Shown here piece by piece: positions 1 through 14,941 of a stretch of DNA of 64,000 nt. The position numbers were made by a program, and so were the translations under genes. Position 1 is the stretch's first letter. Each line of letters opens with the position of its first letter. Below the pieces are notes generated by a model. The model was given only the letters and a program-made list of their open reading frames with translations, did not search any database and was not told where the DNA came from. This DNA is from Octopus vulgaris. Its lineage: Eukaryota. The stretch covers positions 95,542,001 through 95,606,000 of the forward strand of contig OX597823.1 in assembly GCA_951406725.2 (NCBI GenBank), read 5' to 3'.

Positions 1-223
1 CATACATATATGTATCAGGTGCGCAAGTGAGAGTACTTGTAGGAGTATGATATGGGGAAGAGGGGGAAATGTGAATGAAAGACAACTATTTGTGATCGGG
101 TGTTGAATGGGAGTGAGAGGGGAGGGAAAAAGACAAAGAGAAAAATAGTGTATGTGTGTGTGTGTGCATAAATGTATATAAATCTATATCCCTTTTAGAG
201 AATTATTATTGCTATATATATAC

Positions 224-811
224 TGTTTTTTTAATTTTCTCCTGGTTTACGGAATTAATGTTGTTTTGCGGTTGAAGCCTTGGCTGTTATTTCTAGTGGG
301 TGAATGGCCTATTATGGCCGTTCCTTGATTTTGCTGTTGAATTTATAAATGGTCTATGACTATTTAATTTTTTCCCACTAGGCCGCTGGTGGCAAAAAAA
401 TTCTGCGAAATTTTTTGCCACCCTATATTGATTAATTATGAATTTTCTGGTTAATTCCGTAATGGAATCGGCGGCTTATATTTGCTGCCGATAAATTTGG
501 CGCGAGTGCGATGATTTGAAAATTTTAGGTTAGATATTGCCGAGACAGTGATGGAAGTGCCTCGTGTAAATATCTGCTCCGATCTGGCCGTTCTTTACTG
601 ATGAATCTATCGGCCTATGGAAGACTAGCTTGATTTAATTTAATCAGGTTAGTTTACCATTAAACAATAGACGAAACGGTGCATCGTATAAAGAATTACA
701 GGGTAAATGTTTTTTTAATTTTCTCCTGGTTTACGGAATTAATGTTGTTTTGCGGTTGAAGCCTTGGCTGTTATTTCTAGTGGGTGAATGGCCTATTATG
801 GCCGTTCCTTG

Positions 812-816
<5 letters not shown>
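224..816 (+). mobile_element. Non-coding hammerhead-bearing element (Penelope pLTR-like or retrozyme-like), 484-bp unit plus 109-bp terminal redundancy
   Basis: Direct repeat 224-332 = 708-816 (TGTTTTTTTAATTTTCTCCTGG...GTTCCTTGATTTT). Flanked by short TA run on the left and (TA)n on the right. Internal hammerhead at 591-695. Confidence 0.75.
591..695 (+). ncRNA. Type I hammerhead ribozyme motif
   Basis: Stem I TTCTTTA/TAAAGAA; CTGATGA 598-604; stem II TCTAT/ATAGA with an A-C closing mismatch and a large loop; GAAA 673-676; near-palindromic stem III ACGGT-GC-ATCGT; GTA cleavage triplet ending 688. Confidence 0.75.
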
Positions 817-857
<41 letters not shown>

Positions 858-1559
858 TTTATCCCGTAATGGTTGGATGCATTTTTTTTGTAATTTTTGT
901 ATTCAATACACTTGTTCCAATATCTATGTATGCGTCTATGAAATTGTATCTATGTATATGTGTCTATATATTTGTATCTATGTATCTATGTATATGTATT
1001 TAAATTAGATATACATAGACATGACAGAAGTAAATAGACGCCCTTATAATCCTTAAAATACGAAATACATTAAATTAAAGTTTCAGAATATCACTTCTGG
1101 AAGCTCATATCTTTTTATTAGAAAAATCTACATGGTGCTGTATTTCGAGTCCTTCAGAATGCTGCCAGTTGGTGGTGATGGCCACTTTGTAAAAGTGGTG
1201 ATATTTTGAAAGTTCCATGTATTTCAATTTTTCTTTCCATTTTATTTCAGCAGGAAAAGCTCGTCTTAAATGGCCGAAACCAGTTCATATTTTCTTTGCT
1301 TTTTGCCATATTAAAGCTCACTAAGCATTTCCATCTTCTTAGTTTTTCCAACACACAAACACACACATATACACACATACACACACATATATATACACAT
1401 ACATATATATGTATATATTCATATATATATCCACACATATATATACATGCACATATAAATACATATATATATACACACATATGCATAATTATACACACAC
1501 ACACATATATATATATACATTTATATACATATATATAATTACATATATACATATACATG

Positions 1560-1596
<37 letters not shown>

Positions 1597-1659
1597 ATGC
1601 GTGTTTGTATATATACATATATATATATACATCATGCGTGTATTTATGCTTTGTTGTTC

Positions 1660-1929
1660 TTTTAGGTCTTTTTGCAAATCACTTCTATTTGCAAACCCAA
1701 CACCACCTTTCATTATCTCTCCCTTCGGTTTCCCAGCCCAGAATAATGTGAAACCCGCCGCTCTTTCGACAGGATGATCTTCATCTGAACATCTTGTTTC
1801 AGAAAGGGTTGCGATATCAACATTAAGACGCCTTAGTTCCTTAGTGACTAGAGTTGTTCTTCTTTCAGGCCTATCTGCTCGATCTAAAAGGGTTCTCACA
1901 TTCCCACAGGTCAGGTTAAAACAAACCAT
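1660..1929 (-). mobile_element. RTE-clade LINE fragment, N-terminus of the AP endonuclease
   Basis: Translation ...CGNVRTLLDRADRPERRTTLVTKELRRLNVDIATLSETR...FTLFWAGKP...GGVGFA matches the NVRTL / IAxLSETR / GVGFA motifs of RTE APE. Confidence 0.85.
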
Positions 1930-2100
1930 ATTCCTTGCTTACTTGTTATCTTGTTTATATCAGTTCTTTGTTCATTCCTGCAAAATTGAAATACATCCGA
2001 CAGCATGAATAATGATCAGCAATGCATCAATCTTATCAGGGAGGATATAAACACCGGTGCTCATCAAATAGACATTTTGACAGATATAAGAAAAGCCACA

Positions 2101-2134
<34 letters not shown>

Positions 2135-2140
2135 GTTACG

Positions 2141-2180
2141 CCTGCTGATGAGTACGTAAGTATGAAATCATTGATACAGG
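2141..2180 (+). ncRNA. Minimal type I hammerhead ribozyme in a ~140-bp insert (2131-2268) between (TA)n arrays
   Basis: CCTG CTGATGA GTAC-GTAA-GTAT GAAA TCA-T-TGA TA CAGG. All core nucleotides are present and stems I, II and III pair; predicted cleavage after A2176. Confidence 0.85.
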
Positions 2181-2266
2181 TCTATATTTTTAAATGTCTT
2201 ACTTTGAAAAACACGGTGGGATTAGTAATATTTTTGGTGAAATGATAATTGTCCCTCTTGTTTGGC

Positions 2267-2349
<83 letters not shown>

Positions 2350-2354
<5 letters not shown>

Positions 2355-2465
2355 TATTCCTCCTGGAATAATGAATAGATGGGGAGAAAACTTTGCAGAT
2401 CTCTTCCACAATCCATCTGTAGTGAACATGGATATCATAAACAACATTCCGCAAAGACTTTTTTA
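2350..2465 (+). mobile_element. Short RTE LINE ORF fragment
   Basis: GIMNRWGENFADLFHNPSVVNMDIINNIPQRL resembles the RTE linker 'RW.EHF..LLN.PS...LPQ' upstream of RT. Confidence 0.55.
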
Positions 2466-2484
2466 GCAAATAAAATGATTTTTA

Positions 2485-2994
2485 AGGTACACCTTAGATT
2501 AAATATATATACACGAGGCAATCCAGTATATACTCCGTGCTTATACATTCTAATTTTTCAAATCTACCGCGCAAGCGCAGCTCCTTATCGGCAGTAAATA
2601 AAATGCCGGCTTTTTTCAATTGGAAAATTTTCCATAAAAATTATCAATAATTAATAATGTTCAGAAATATTTGAAATTTCTATTACCAGTGGCCTATCGT
2701 GTAAAAATTTAGTCAATAGACTATATATTATTTATATAAATACAATGTACGTTTACACACACAAGAGTTATCCATCATAGGATTCCTTGCACGCTAGAGA
2801 GGTCAGTTAAATTCCAAACCACTATTTGGAATAAAATTTCGAAATGAATGAAAAACAAAAACATTTACTGTCAAACTCCTGGACCAATTGCTAGGTGAAG
2901 TCTTCTTCAGCAGGTACACCTTAGATTAAATATATATACACGAGGCAATCCAGTATATACTCCGTGCTTATACATTCTAATTTTTCAAATCTAC
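2485..2994 (-). mobile_element. Divergent relative of the 224-816 element, 427-bp unit plus 83-bp terminal redundancy, with a broken hammerhead
   Basis: Direct repeat 2485-2567 = 2912-2994. The reverse complement shares ordered blocks with 340-604 (GTCTA(T)TGACTA, TAGGCC(G/A)CTGGT, TTT(G/A)CTGCCGATAA, GATTTGAAAA, TGCCTCGTGTA), then CCTG CTGAAGA...GGTC CAGG lacking GAAA. Confidence 0.7.
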
Positions 2995-3448
2995 TGCAGA
3001 ATACTACATGTCTCTGTTGGACGAACTACATGAAGATTTGAAACAGAAACACCGTGGAAAGCAGAGCCGTAATATCCTGTTTTTGCAGGACAATGCACCA
3101 GCATACACAACACATGAAACTACAGAAAATATGCGACTTTGGTTTCGAATAGGTAGTCCATTCTCCTTGCTCTCCTGGCTTGTCCCCTCCGACTACCACC
3201 TCCGTCCACAACTGAAGAAAGTCCCCAAGGGAACAAAATTTCTCTCCAATTCGGATGTGATCGCTGGTACCAACGCTTGGTTGGAGGCCCAACATTTCGA
3301 TTTCTTTTTACAGGGTTTAAAAAACTGAAGGACCGCTGCAATATGTGTGTGAATGTGAGGGAGGAATATGTTGAATAAAATCACAATTAACTGACCCTTC
3401 AGTATTTTCTTTTACCCAGAGCCAGGAACTTTTCAGGACCCCCTCATA
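2995..3448 (+). mobile_element. Mariner transposase 3' remnant with right TIR
   Basis: ILFLQDNAPAYT ... PSDYHL.PQLKK..KGTKF (DD34D region). Terminus ...GGAACTTTTCAGGACCCCCTCATA. Confidence 0.85.
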
Positions 3449-4147
3449 AAAATCCTACGTCACAAACAATTAGTTACCTATCTATAAAATATGCTTAACA
3501 TTTTTAGAAAAATATGCGTATCATATTATGTGAAAAGCAATTACAATTAATGAGTTATTTAGAATTGAAGTATTTAAATGCTTTTCTATATTTGTGAGAA
3601 CATTTCATTGTAAAATTACCTTTATAATTCAATGATATTTAGAAGTAATTATATAATGCCTCAAGACAAAGATCACGTTTAAAATTACCAGTATTGTACG
3701 ATGGTGCGTAACTAATAAAGGACCCCATTAAATCATACTTAATGTTCCTATCCTTTGAATACTAAATGTGAGCATGGGACATGGACATTAAAGGATGATG
3801 ATAATGATAATGATGTTGATGATGATGATGACAATAATGATGTTGATGATGATGATGATGGTGAATAAATAGTATTGCCAAGAAAATAAATGCCGTTGGT
3901 GGCCAATAATTCCAACGAGAATCGAAGGAATTCTTCATAACTTCACTATTTTGAATGCAACGTGTACAATATTGGTAGTAGGTGTGATTTATTGCTCTTC
4001 GTTGTTTTTACATTTTAAAATATTCTATTTGAATAACTCGATATGAAGGCAATAACATCATGCCATATCAAACGTAACAAACTAGGTGATACACACCCAG
4101 CGGTGCAGGAAGTCAATGAGTTGCATAAGAAGTAGCTTATATTTATA

Positions 4148-4258
<111 letters not shown>

Positions 4259-4379
4259 ATATATACGTATATATATGTATATATATACGCATGTGCTCAT
4301 ATGCATATGTGTATATATTTATTCGTTTGTGCATTTATGTGAGTGTGTACAATGCAGACAACCTTATGATTTGCAATAA

Positions 4380-5480
4380 TGACTTCAAGAAACCAACCAG
4401 TCACCTGTTCACTTATTAATGTGGTGGTCATAAAAAGCAAGATTGACTACATTCTCACCAGAAAGCAGAAAAGCTGGTTGCTTATAAACACAAAACCCTT
4501 CCCAGGTGAAGAGTGTAGACCTCAACATGTGTTAGTTAATAGTGAATTCAGAGTTCAGAGTAGAAAGACGCCAAGAAGCAAACCAGTTTGGAAAAGAAAG
4601 ATTTGGAAGCTTAAGGATCCTCTGAATAGTCAGAGATTTAGAGAGATTCTAAATGAAGCATTTGGCAAGGAGGAGGAGGAGGAGGAGGAAGAGGAGAAGA
4701 TAGTAATATATGAATAACATAGAGGACAACTGGAGGTTCCTACGAGACAACGCAATGGTTGTGGATGGTGCAAAGTCCTCTCCACACCTAAGGTGACATG
4801 GTGGTGTCCATAAAGGTGACACACCCAATGGTTGGTGTAGCAACATTATAGTCAACTCTACAAATGTAAAGGTGATACTTTAGACTGATACTTTAGACTG
4901 ATACTTTAGACAGATAATTACAAAAGTATCAAATCGCTGGAATAGGTGATGAAAATTACAGAGAGGGTCAAAATTTAAAAAGGGAGATTCTTGATGGAAT
5001 GCAGTTTAGTTTTGTGCCAGGAAGATGCACAACTGATGCTATCTTTTTGGTGAAGCTGCTTCAGGAGAAGTACTTTGCTTTTATTGAAATGGAGAAAACC
5101 TTTGAGGGGCTCCCCTGCTCCCTTATCTGGTGGGCAATGCAGAAGGCTAGAGATAAATGAGCGGCTGGTGAGAGCTGTAAAACCAGGTAGAGAGATGCTG
5201 ATTGTAAGGTGAAGGTTGGCAACGAGTATAACAGTGACTTCAGTGTACAGGTAGGAGTGTACACAAAGGATCGATTCTCAGCCCCCTTTTTGTTCATCAT
5301 AGTCCTTCTGGCCATAACAGAAGAATTTCAGATGTGTTGCTCATGAAAGCTCCTCTATGCTGATGACTTTGAACTTATTGCTGAATCACTACAAGAACTA
5401 GAGAAGAAATTTCAGGTGTGGAAGCAAGGTTTGGAATCAAGGGGCCTTAGAATTGAGTTAGCAAAGACTAAGACCCTAGA
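4380..5480 (+). mobile_element. Decayed RTE/RTEX-like LINE (end of endonuclease to RT YADD), internally deleted
   Basis: KSKIDYILTRK...KPFPGEECRPQH; MQFSFVPGR.TTDAIF; CTCTATGCTGATGAC (LYADD) near 5352. Same family as 28185-31200. Confidence 0.8.
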
Positions 5481-6148
5481 AAGCCTTAATAAGAAGCAAG
5501 GTGTGATGTTTTGACTTATGAAAATTTCAATTCAACTGCTGTTTTGTCTTATTTTTTACTTTTTTGTTTTGTTGTTTTGATTTTTTATGCCTTGTTGTCA
5601 GGAATGAAATGGTTGCCTTTGTACAGTCTGGTTGAAGATTCCTATGCAGCCTTTACCTTTTAAAGGGGCCCTGTACAGCTTTTTACCTTTTAAGGCAGCC
5701 CTTATCATTTAAAAAATCTCAGTATCACCTTTTTATCTGTTAAGGTCACACCATACATCCCTTATCCTTCTCCAACGAAGGGTCTTCCTTCTTCCCTTGC
5801 CATCTTTAAGGCTACTCTCTATAAATAAAGTCAACAGCCACAGCATCACTGGGTTGTAGAGGACTGACACGGGAAAATTGCTCTTCTTGTATTGTATATG
5901 TAGAACAAATCAGCTGAACTGAGGCCAACCTTTGCCAAGCTAGAACCACACCTGGAATTGAACTTGGCACTACAAGTTAATGAAACACTTGTCCATTTCA
6001 CAGTGCTGCCACTTCTTACTGCCAGTATGTTGTTCTTCTGCTTTCATTTTTACAATTATTACCCCCTGTTCTCAGGATTTCATTCAACCAGGAAATACCA
6101 TTTTATTTGGTTTGAATCTTTTTCAAATGCATATACATACACAGGTGA

Positions 6149-6193
<45 letters not shown>

Positions 6194-6638
6194 AAGGTGT
6201 TTATGCACTTATAGCTTTTCTTCATTATGTATATACTTGTGCAACATTTCCTTCCACTAATTTTTTCTCTCCCCCTCTCTCTTTCCCTTCTGGTAGGGTC
6301 TCCATTCATTTTCAAATCTCCATGCTATCTTAAATGGTGTTAAGTTATAAAGGTCTCTGTTATTATATTTATTATTACTTTTATTATTAGTATTGTTATG
6401 CATTTATTTTCTTTTAAATTTATTTTCATATTTATTTTTAATTCTTATGTTCCAATGTGCAATTAAAGTGTAAAGTTCTGTGGAAAATAGAATCAAAAGA
6501 CAAAACAAAAAGATTTGGGGAAAATGAATAAAAAGAGAGGAAACCATTCTTTGGGGAATTTCAGAATGGTTTGAGAAACTTTCCACCATTAAAACATTAG
6601 GGTTTTTCATTATTCATGTATTTACATATATATACATT

Positions 6639-6711
<73 letters not shown>

Positions 6712-6715
<4 letters not shown>

Positions 6716-7115
6716 AACGGAGTTTAACGCAGGTATAATTCAAATACTTTTACTTCTGACACATGTTTCGGAGATTTCACTGATATTATTCAAAAGAATA
6801 AAATGGTGTAAAGCAATGTAATCTTCTCTTTAGGGAAGTGAATAAATGAAACTCGTCAATAAGACATTTTAACTGAAAATGATGGATGTGTATAGTGATT
6901 TACTGAACGCTATTAATATTGTTTGAAAACTTTATATGATATAACATCAGAAGTAACTTATAGAAAGAGGAGGGATATTTTTAGCGAATGTTAAATATAA
7001 AAGAAAATTAATGTTTAGATTATATATAATGATAGAGATTACTTATATGAACTAAAGGTGTGTTCTTGCCAATGTTTACATCGGTATGCACGCTCTATAA
7101 CCGTGCATACCGATG

Positions 7116-7117
<2 letters not shown>
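6712..7117 (-). mobile_element. (TA)n-embedded hammerhead element with a 5' fold-back hairpin
   Basis: Minus strand 6839-6752: ACTTCC CTAAAGA GAAGATT...AATCTCC GAAA CATGTG TC AGAAGT (core G>A mutated). 16-bp perfect hairpin at 7077-7117. (TA)n on both sides. Confidence 0.65.
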
Positions 7118-7160
<43 letters not shown>

Positions 7161-7497
7161 TATCTATATACACTACCTTATAAGGGAACCATTTTGATTA
7201 AATTCATTTGCACCAAAAAAAAAAAACAGATAAATAAAATTGCATGATTCTAACTAATTTGTTTTTTTTATTGTATTTTTTGTTTGGTTGTTTTATTTTG
7301 ATTGTTTGCAAAAAATCTCATTTTGTTTTTGCTTGACCCTAGATGCAGGGTGTGTGTTTTCTGTAGTTCTACTAATCCAAGGGTGGTTGATAAATGGTGG
7401 TGTTAGAGGGTTGGGCAAAGGGTGTTGCAGTGCCTGTGTTGGATTTTGACATTCTGAGACGAAAGAGATGCCAAGTTGTATCAGGACAACACTGGTG

Positions 7498-7542
<45 letters not shown>

Positions 7543-8439
7543 GAGAGGAGACTAGAATACAGAGCTGACTGCTAGTGTTACACCCTGCCCCATCCTTCCT
7601 GTACATTCAGGTACATATGCACTGACCACTAAGCCATGCACCTTCGACAGGTAAATTAGAATAGCAGACATAAGACAGAGACTCCATTGTAGTCATTAGT
7701 AAAGTGAAGGTAACTGTTAATGTTGTGGGTCAACAGAATGAGAAGGTGAGGAGTCATTTTTAAGTAACAGTGGCAAGTAGTGACACAACAAGGTGAACAG
7801 GTTGGTGGAACCCAGTTAAAAATTGCAGGAAGTCTATTGTAGGAGTGAGAAATGGGGGAGAGAGAGAAAAAAATGAATAACGAACATTTGACAACCCCCA
7901 ACCCAAATTGCTGACCAAAATTTGAAACCCTTATTAGTAAACGTTTCAGGTAACGAGATGCAAGAATTAGACAAAATGTTTAACTGCATCTCTTCTGGCT
8001 CTTGATGTTCTGAGTTCAAATATTGCCGAGGGCAAGTTTGGCTTTCATCCTTTTGAGGCTGATAAAATGCTGTACCAATCAAATACTGGGGTTGATGTAA
8101 CTGACTAATCCCGTCCCTCCTTCCCCCTAAAATTGCTATCCATATGATTCTTGGGGGTCCCTGTAAGATTTTGTCATTCAAATCTCTGTGTAATAAAATA
8201 TCTCATACTTTCATTATAAAAATATAAGATCTTTTAAGCATCAAATGGCTCGGAGGTTCCTTCAGAGGAAAACAAGAAATCAAAAAAGTCCAAAGGTAGA
8301 GAAAAGTTGAGGAACTCTGGTTTAGGCTTATGTGCAACACACAAATCACCAAAATTGCTAGTCTTCCAAATTTATTGGACAAAACTACAATACAGATAAG
8401 TGGGGGGAAACGGTGAGAATTAAGCAGCGGAAAATGGGG

Positions 8440-8790
8440 AGGAGAAGGAAGCAAAGGGTGGTACACCCCAGACCAAATGGCACGTTCAACGGTGCTCTGT
8501 GGACTTGATTGCAAAGGCATTGCTGTGGAGAATGGCCAGCAACACTTGCTTCAGCAGCCAATCCACCTAGCAGGGCTCATTTGTCAGGTGGACCACAATT
8601 ATTCTGATTTTGTGGGGTAAATCATCTGTGCAGGGTCTGAGAACACCTGAGGTCACTACTGCAACCAGTACAAACTGATAGTGGCCGGTCAGGCTCCTGT
8701 ATTTGTCTATTTTCCCTTTCCTCTGCATTATGGGTAATTCTTCCTTGTGAGATGGTGAATGATAACATAATTTGATGGGGGATGTTGTTT
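8440..8790 (-). mobile_element. 3' end remnant of a CRE-like (REL endonuclease) non-LTR element
   Basis: KIDKYRSLTGHYQFVLVAVVTSGVLRPC followed by a 'SV..AIL..NAFAI'-like segment, resembling the 'KY...F.P.AVET.G...QR.S.A..RGNA' C-terminus. Confidence 0.55.
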
Positions 8791-9270
8791 TGTAGTGTTC
8801 GAATGCAAAGGCAGGCATACTTACAGATAATTCACACACAAATGAAAAGATGCTGAAGACTACATTGAAATATGAGAACAGATGTTTTATTCCATTAAAA
8901 ATATTAAATTGACCACACCAGATCAAAATAAAACAAGAGATTGGAAACAACAACAACAACAGTTATTACAAGAAATTCCATGGCATCATAATGTTTGGCG
9001 TTGTTTATATTTTCGAAGAAATGGTCGTGAGAAGAATTTCTGAAACATTTCAAATAACAAAAAAATGCAAGCAAAGAATGATGTGTATGTCTATTTATAA
9101 TGTGTGTGTGTGTATGAGTGAGAGGGAGAGGGAGAGAAAGAGCGAGAGAGAGAGGGGGGAGAAAGAGAGGAGAGAGGGAGAGAGAGAGGGGGGAGAGGGA
9201 GAAACAGATGGAGTGAGTAATGTATTTGTGAGAGTTTGTAAAAAATCATCTCGTGTAGAGTCATCAGATG

Positions 9271-9830
9271 TGGAGGCGTGTGGCTTAGTGGTTAGGGTGT
9301 CAGCATCATGATCCTAGGATTGTCATTTCGATTCCTGGACTGGGTGACGAGTTGTGTTCTTGAGCAAAATACTTCATTTCACGTTGCTCCAGTCCACTCA
9401 GCTGGCAAATATGTGTAACACTGCGATTGTCTGGCGTCCCGTCCAGCTGGGGAACACATACGCCATTGAAACCGGGAAACCGGGCCCATAAGCCTGGCTA
9501 GGCTTTAAAAGGGCGTAGTGGAGGTGCAATTGCCCAGTGGTTAGGGCAGCGGACTCGTGGTTGGAAGATCGCGGTTTCGATTCCCAGACCAGGCGTTGTG
9601 TATGTTTATTGAGCGAAAACGCCTTAAGCACCACGAGGTTCCGGCAGGAGGTGGTGGCGACCCCTGTTGTACTCTTTCGTCCCAACTTTCTTTCACTCTT
9701 CCTGTTTCTTGAGTAACGCTACGATGGACTGTCATCCCGTCCAGCTGGGGGGAACACATACGCCATAGAAACCGGGAAACCGGGCCCATGATCCTGTCTA
9801 GGCTTGAAAAGGGCGCATAAATAAATAAAA
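9271..9830 (+). mobile_element. Two tandem tRNA-derived SINEs sharing a 3' tail
   Basis: A boxes TGGCTTAGTGG and TGCCCAGTGG, B boxes TTTCGATTCC. Shared tail ...GAAACCGGGAAACCGGGCCCAT...AAAAGGGCG; A-rich end. Related heads at 52627 and 60410. Confidence 0.8.
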
Positions 9831-10947
9831 AAGATTCATCAGATAACTCCAGTTTGTTGAAATAGAAAAAAAGGGTCTTTATAGAGATTTTACTCAGCTT
9901 TTTGAAGCAAACGAAAGTTCCAGTTGCGATTGGCTGAACATAACAAACAAAAGACAGTCATGTGATGTTTCATCCGAGCGGCCTGCTAGGCTTGCAGAAA
10001 CACAGTAGTATAACCATTGGAATTCAATATTTCTTATTGTGAGACAAGTGGCCGGTTGGAAGATTGTGCACAGATACTGACAAGAGGGACATCAAATTAT
10101 CTGGTAAAATAGGGGTCATTGATTGAATGAAATCCAAGCTTAAGGGGATTTGTCAAACAAATGCATGTAAACATACACAAGATATTATGTAGTAGTTTGA
10201 GGGAGATTCAGCTACTATTTCTAACTGATCTTCCAGACATGCAGAGGTAGTAATATAATGTTATAATAAAGTCGAGGTAGTGATATCATGCTGCTATGAG
10301 GAAAGAAGCCATTCTGCCGTGGAGTGTCATCTCAGATGACAAGTCTTGAGGAGTGGCCATCAAATAGGACATGTGGAATGGTGTGTGTATATCAGTTAAG
10401 CCAAGAACTTGCATGAAGTGGGGCAGCCAATTGCACATAGCATCCACATCTAGTGAGAAAATATTAGCACTGGCAGAAGGGTGAGTGATGTGGATCTGAG
10501 ATGTTCAGGTTTCAAGTCATTATTGAATTAGGCCTCTTTCAATTGATGCTGATGGATTCTGTTCATCTATTTACACGAAGAATAAAATTCTAGGTGTCTG
10601 ATGAAGTACTTTGAAGGGACAAAAGTTGAGTGATGAAGTACTTGAATTGGACCCTTAATTCAACCCTTACGGACAAACACAGGTAGCCGGTCACTGGCAA
10701 ATGTTGGGTGGCACATTTATGGGAATCATCTAGACACTGTTTGGATGGTCATCAGGATTTGACATGGTTTAACATAAGGGGTGAAATGTTGCAGTGTGGA
10801 CATGCTTTTCTCTTTCCACTGTCCAGTCTACCCTCTATGTTCTTGTGGTAGCCATTGTGAAATGGGAAAGGTGGACTTGGTCAGAGCTTGACAGTTGCTC
10901 TTTCTCTATACTGTATCAGTTGTTGTGGGCATCAAAACGTGGTTCTT

Positions 10948-10993
<46 letters not shown>

Positions 10994-11380
10994 TCTATGT
11001 GTGTGTGTTTTAGTGGTTCTATTATTCTTGCTAATTGTATTGTAGTGGGTGTTTAGCCTCAAATCAATGCTCATAGACATTTATTGTTGTTGATGGTGGT
11101 GTTTGTGTTGATGATAACCAATCCTAACTTCTCAGAGAAACGTCAGAGAAGTTACCCTTGAAAGATCTTCTACAGGTTTTCTTCACCTACTTAACCCTTA
11201 TGAAATTATTCTATTTATATTATTATCATTATTATCATGCCTATTGTTGTTGTTGTTTTTTCCGTAGTAGTAGTAGTAGTAGTGGTTGTTGTTATTAAAA
11301 TTATTATTGTGATCATTATTATTATTATTATTATTATTATCATTATTATTATTATAGTTGTTGTTACTATTATTATTATT

Positions 11381-11855
11381 GAGTGAGAGAGCAGTTCATG
11401 CCACCAAAGTGACACTGGGGTAAAATATACGAAGCCCAATATACCCATCATGACTACCCGTCTGATAAAGGTACACCAGGCACATGCATCACAACCATAT
11501 GTGCGCGACATGGTGATCTCATATCAAGATAAACAGCACATGACCTTGCAGGTGGGGCCCAGTTAGAATTTTCTTCAGGTTGAGTAGCCCATCCCGCTCA
11601 AAAGGTCCCTGAATAAGGGTTGTTTAAGGATGTTGAAAGAACCACCCATGTTTCCAGAGGTGAACTATTCAAACCCCAAAGAATCCCTCTCAACACATGC
11701 CTATGATGCTCCCCCACTACTTCTGCTCGTGATCAGAGATGCACATATCGTCAGCCACTAAGGGACATGCTCAACTGGTTAAGGTCAAACAACTGACAAG
11801 CAAATCTGTGGTATTGAGCAGAATATTTGCTGTAGCCCATCTTTTATACCAAGAC
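11381..11855 (-). mobile_element. Non-coding ~475-bp TAA-array-targeted retroelement (Dong/R4-associated, non-autonomous)
   Basis: Unique segment bounded on both sides by (TAT/TAA)n. Its 3' ~150 bp recurs in the opposite orientation at ~60752-60900, again ending CACTC-AATAAT. Confidence 0.65.
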
Positions 11856-14441
<2,586 letters not shown>

Positions 14442-14541
14442 NNNNNNNNNNNNNNNNNNNNNNNNNNNNNNNNNNNNNNNNNNNNNNNNNNNNNNNNNNN
14501 NNNNNNNNNNNNNNNNNNNNNNNNNNNNNNNNNNNNNNNNN
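14442..14541. other. Assembly gap (100 N)
   Basis: Run of n. The sequences on the two sides belong to different LINE clades. Confidence 1.
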
Positions 14542-14941
14542 CCGCCAGAGGACCATCATAGTTTCCTTATCTCTGGTTCTGAATGTTCTTAGGATCCACC
14601 CAGCCAATCGTCTGCACTTTGTCGCCATCCTGGTAATGTGCACTTGGAAAGTGGTATCATCACTCATGTCGATACCCAGGTCCCTCACAGACTTAGGCTC
14701 TGGGATTGAAATTCCCTGTGGACCGGTGTATCCTGTAAGTTTAATATTCAGTTTTGGATGCTGGTAGCGGAGGGCCTGGAATTTTTCAGCATTAAACTGC
14801 ATATTATTATCCTCAGCCCATCTGTAGATTGAGTCCAACTCCTGCTTCAGGTGTGCAACATCGCTGGGGTTCTGTATTTTCTGCGAGACTTTCGTATCGT
14901 CTGCATAGCTGGCCAGAGTGGCTATCCGGGCATTTGAGGGC
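14542..14941 (-). mobile_element. CR1/Jockey-group LINE RT fragment, 5' truncated at a TA tract
   Basis: Open frame ASYADDTKV...W..DNNMQFNAEK...VRDLGI.M...FQVHI...GWILRTF. Confidence 0.85.

Noticed and set aside
1130-1165. Minus-strand CTGAAGG...GAAA hammerhead-like word
   Set aside because: Non-canonical core and no stem I or stem II pairing.
5352-5370. CTGATGA matches here and at ~29497 (minus)
   Set aside because: These are the codons of the RT YADD motif, not ribozymes.
5500-6080. Possible solo LTR (TATAAATAAA, internal short repeats)
   Set aside because: No clear TG...CA termini or TSD could be fixed.
9271-9600. tRNA genes
   Set aside because: A/B boxes are present, but there is no complete cloverleaf and they continue into SINE bodies.
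10590-10650. CTGATGAAGTAC motif repeated twice
   Set aside because: No GAAA or stem III; just a short local duplication.
11720-11830. Possible HDV-like ribozyme at the 5' end of the TAA-targeted unit (GTCAGT/GCTGAC pairing, TCCC loop)
   Set aside because: P1.1 GG and P2 could not be assigned convincingly by eye; it needs a descriptor search.
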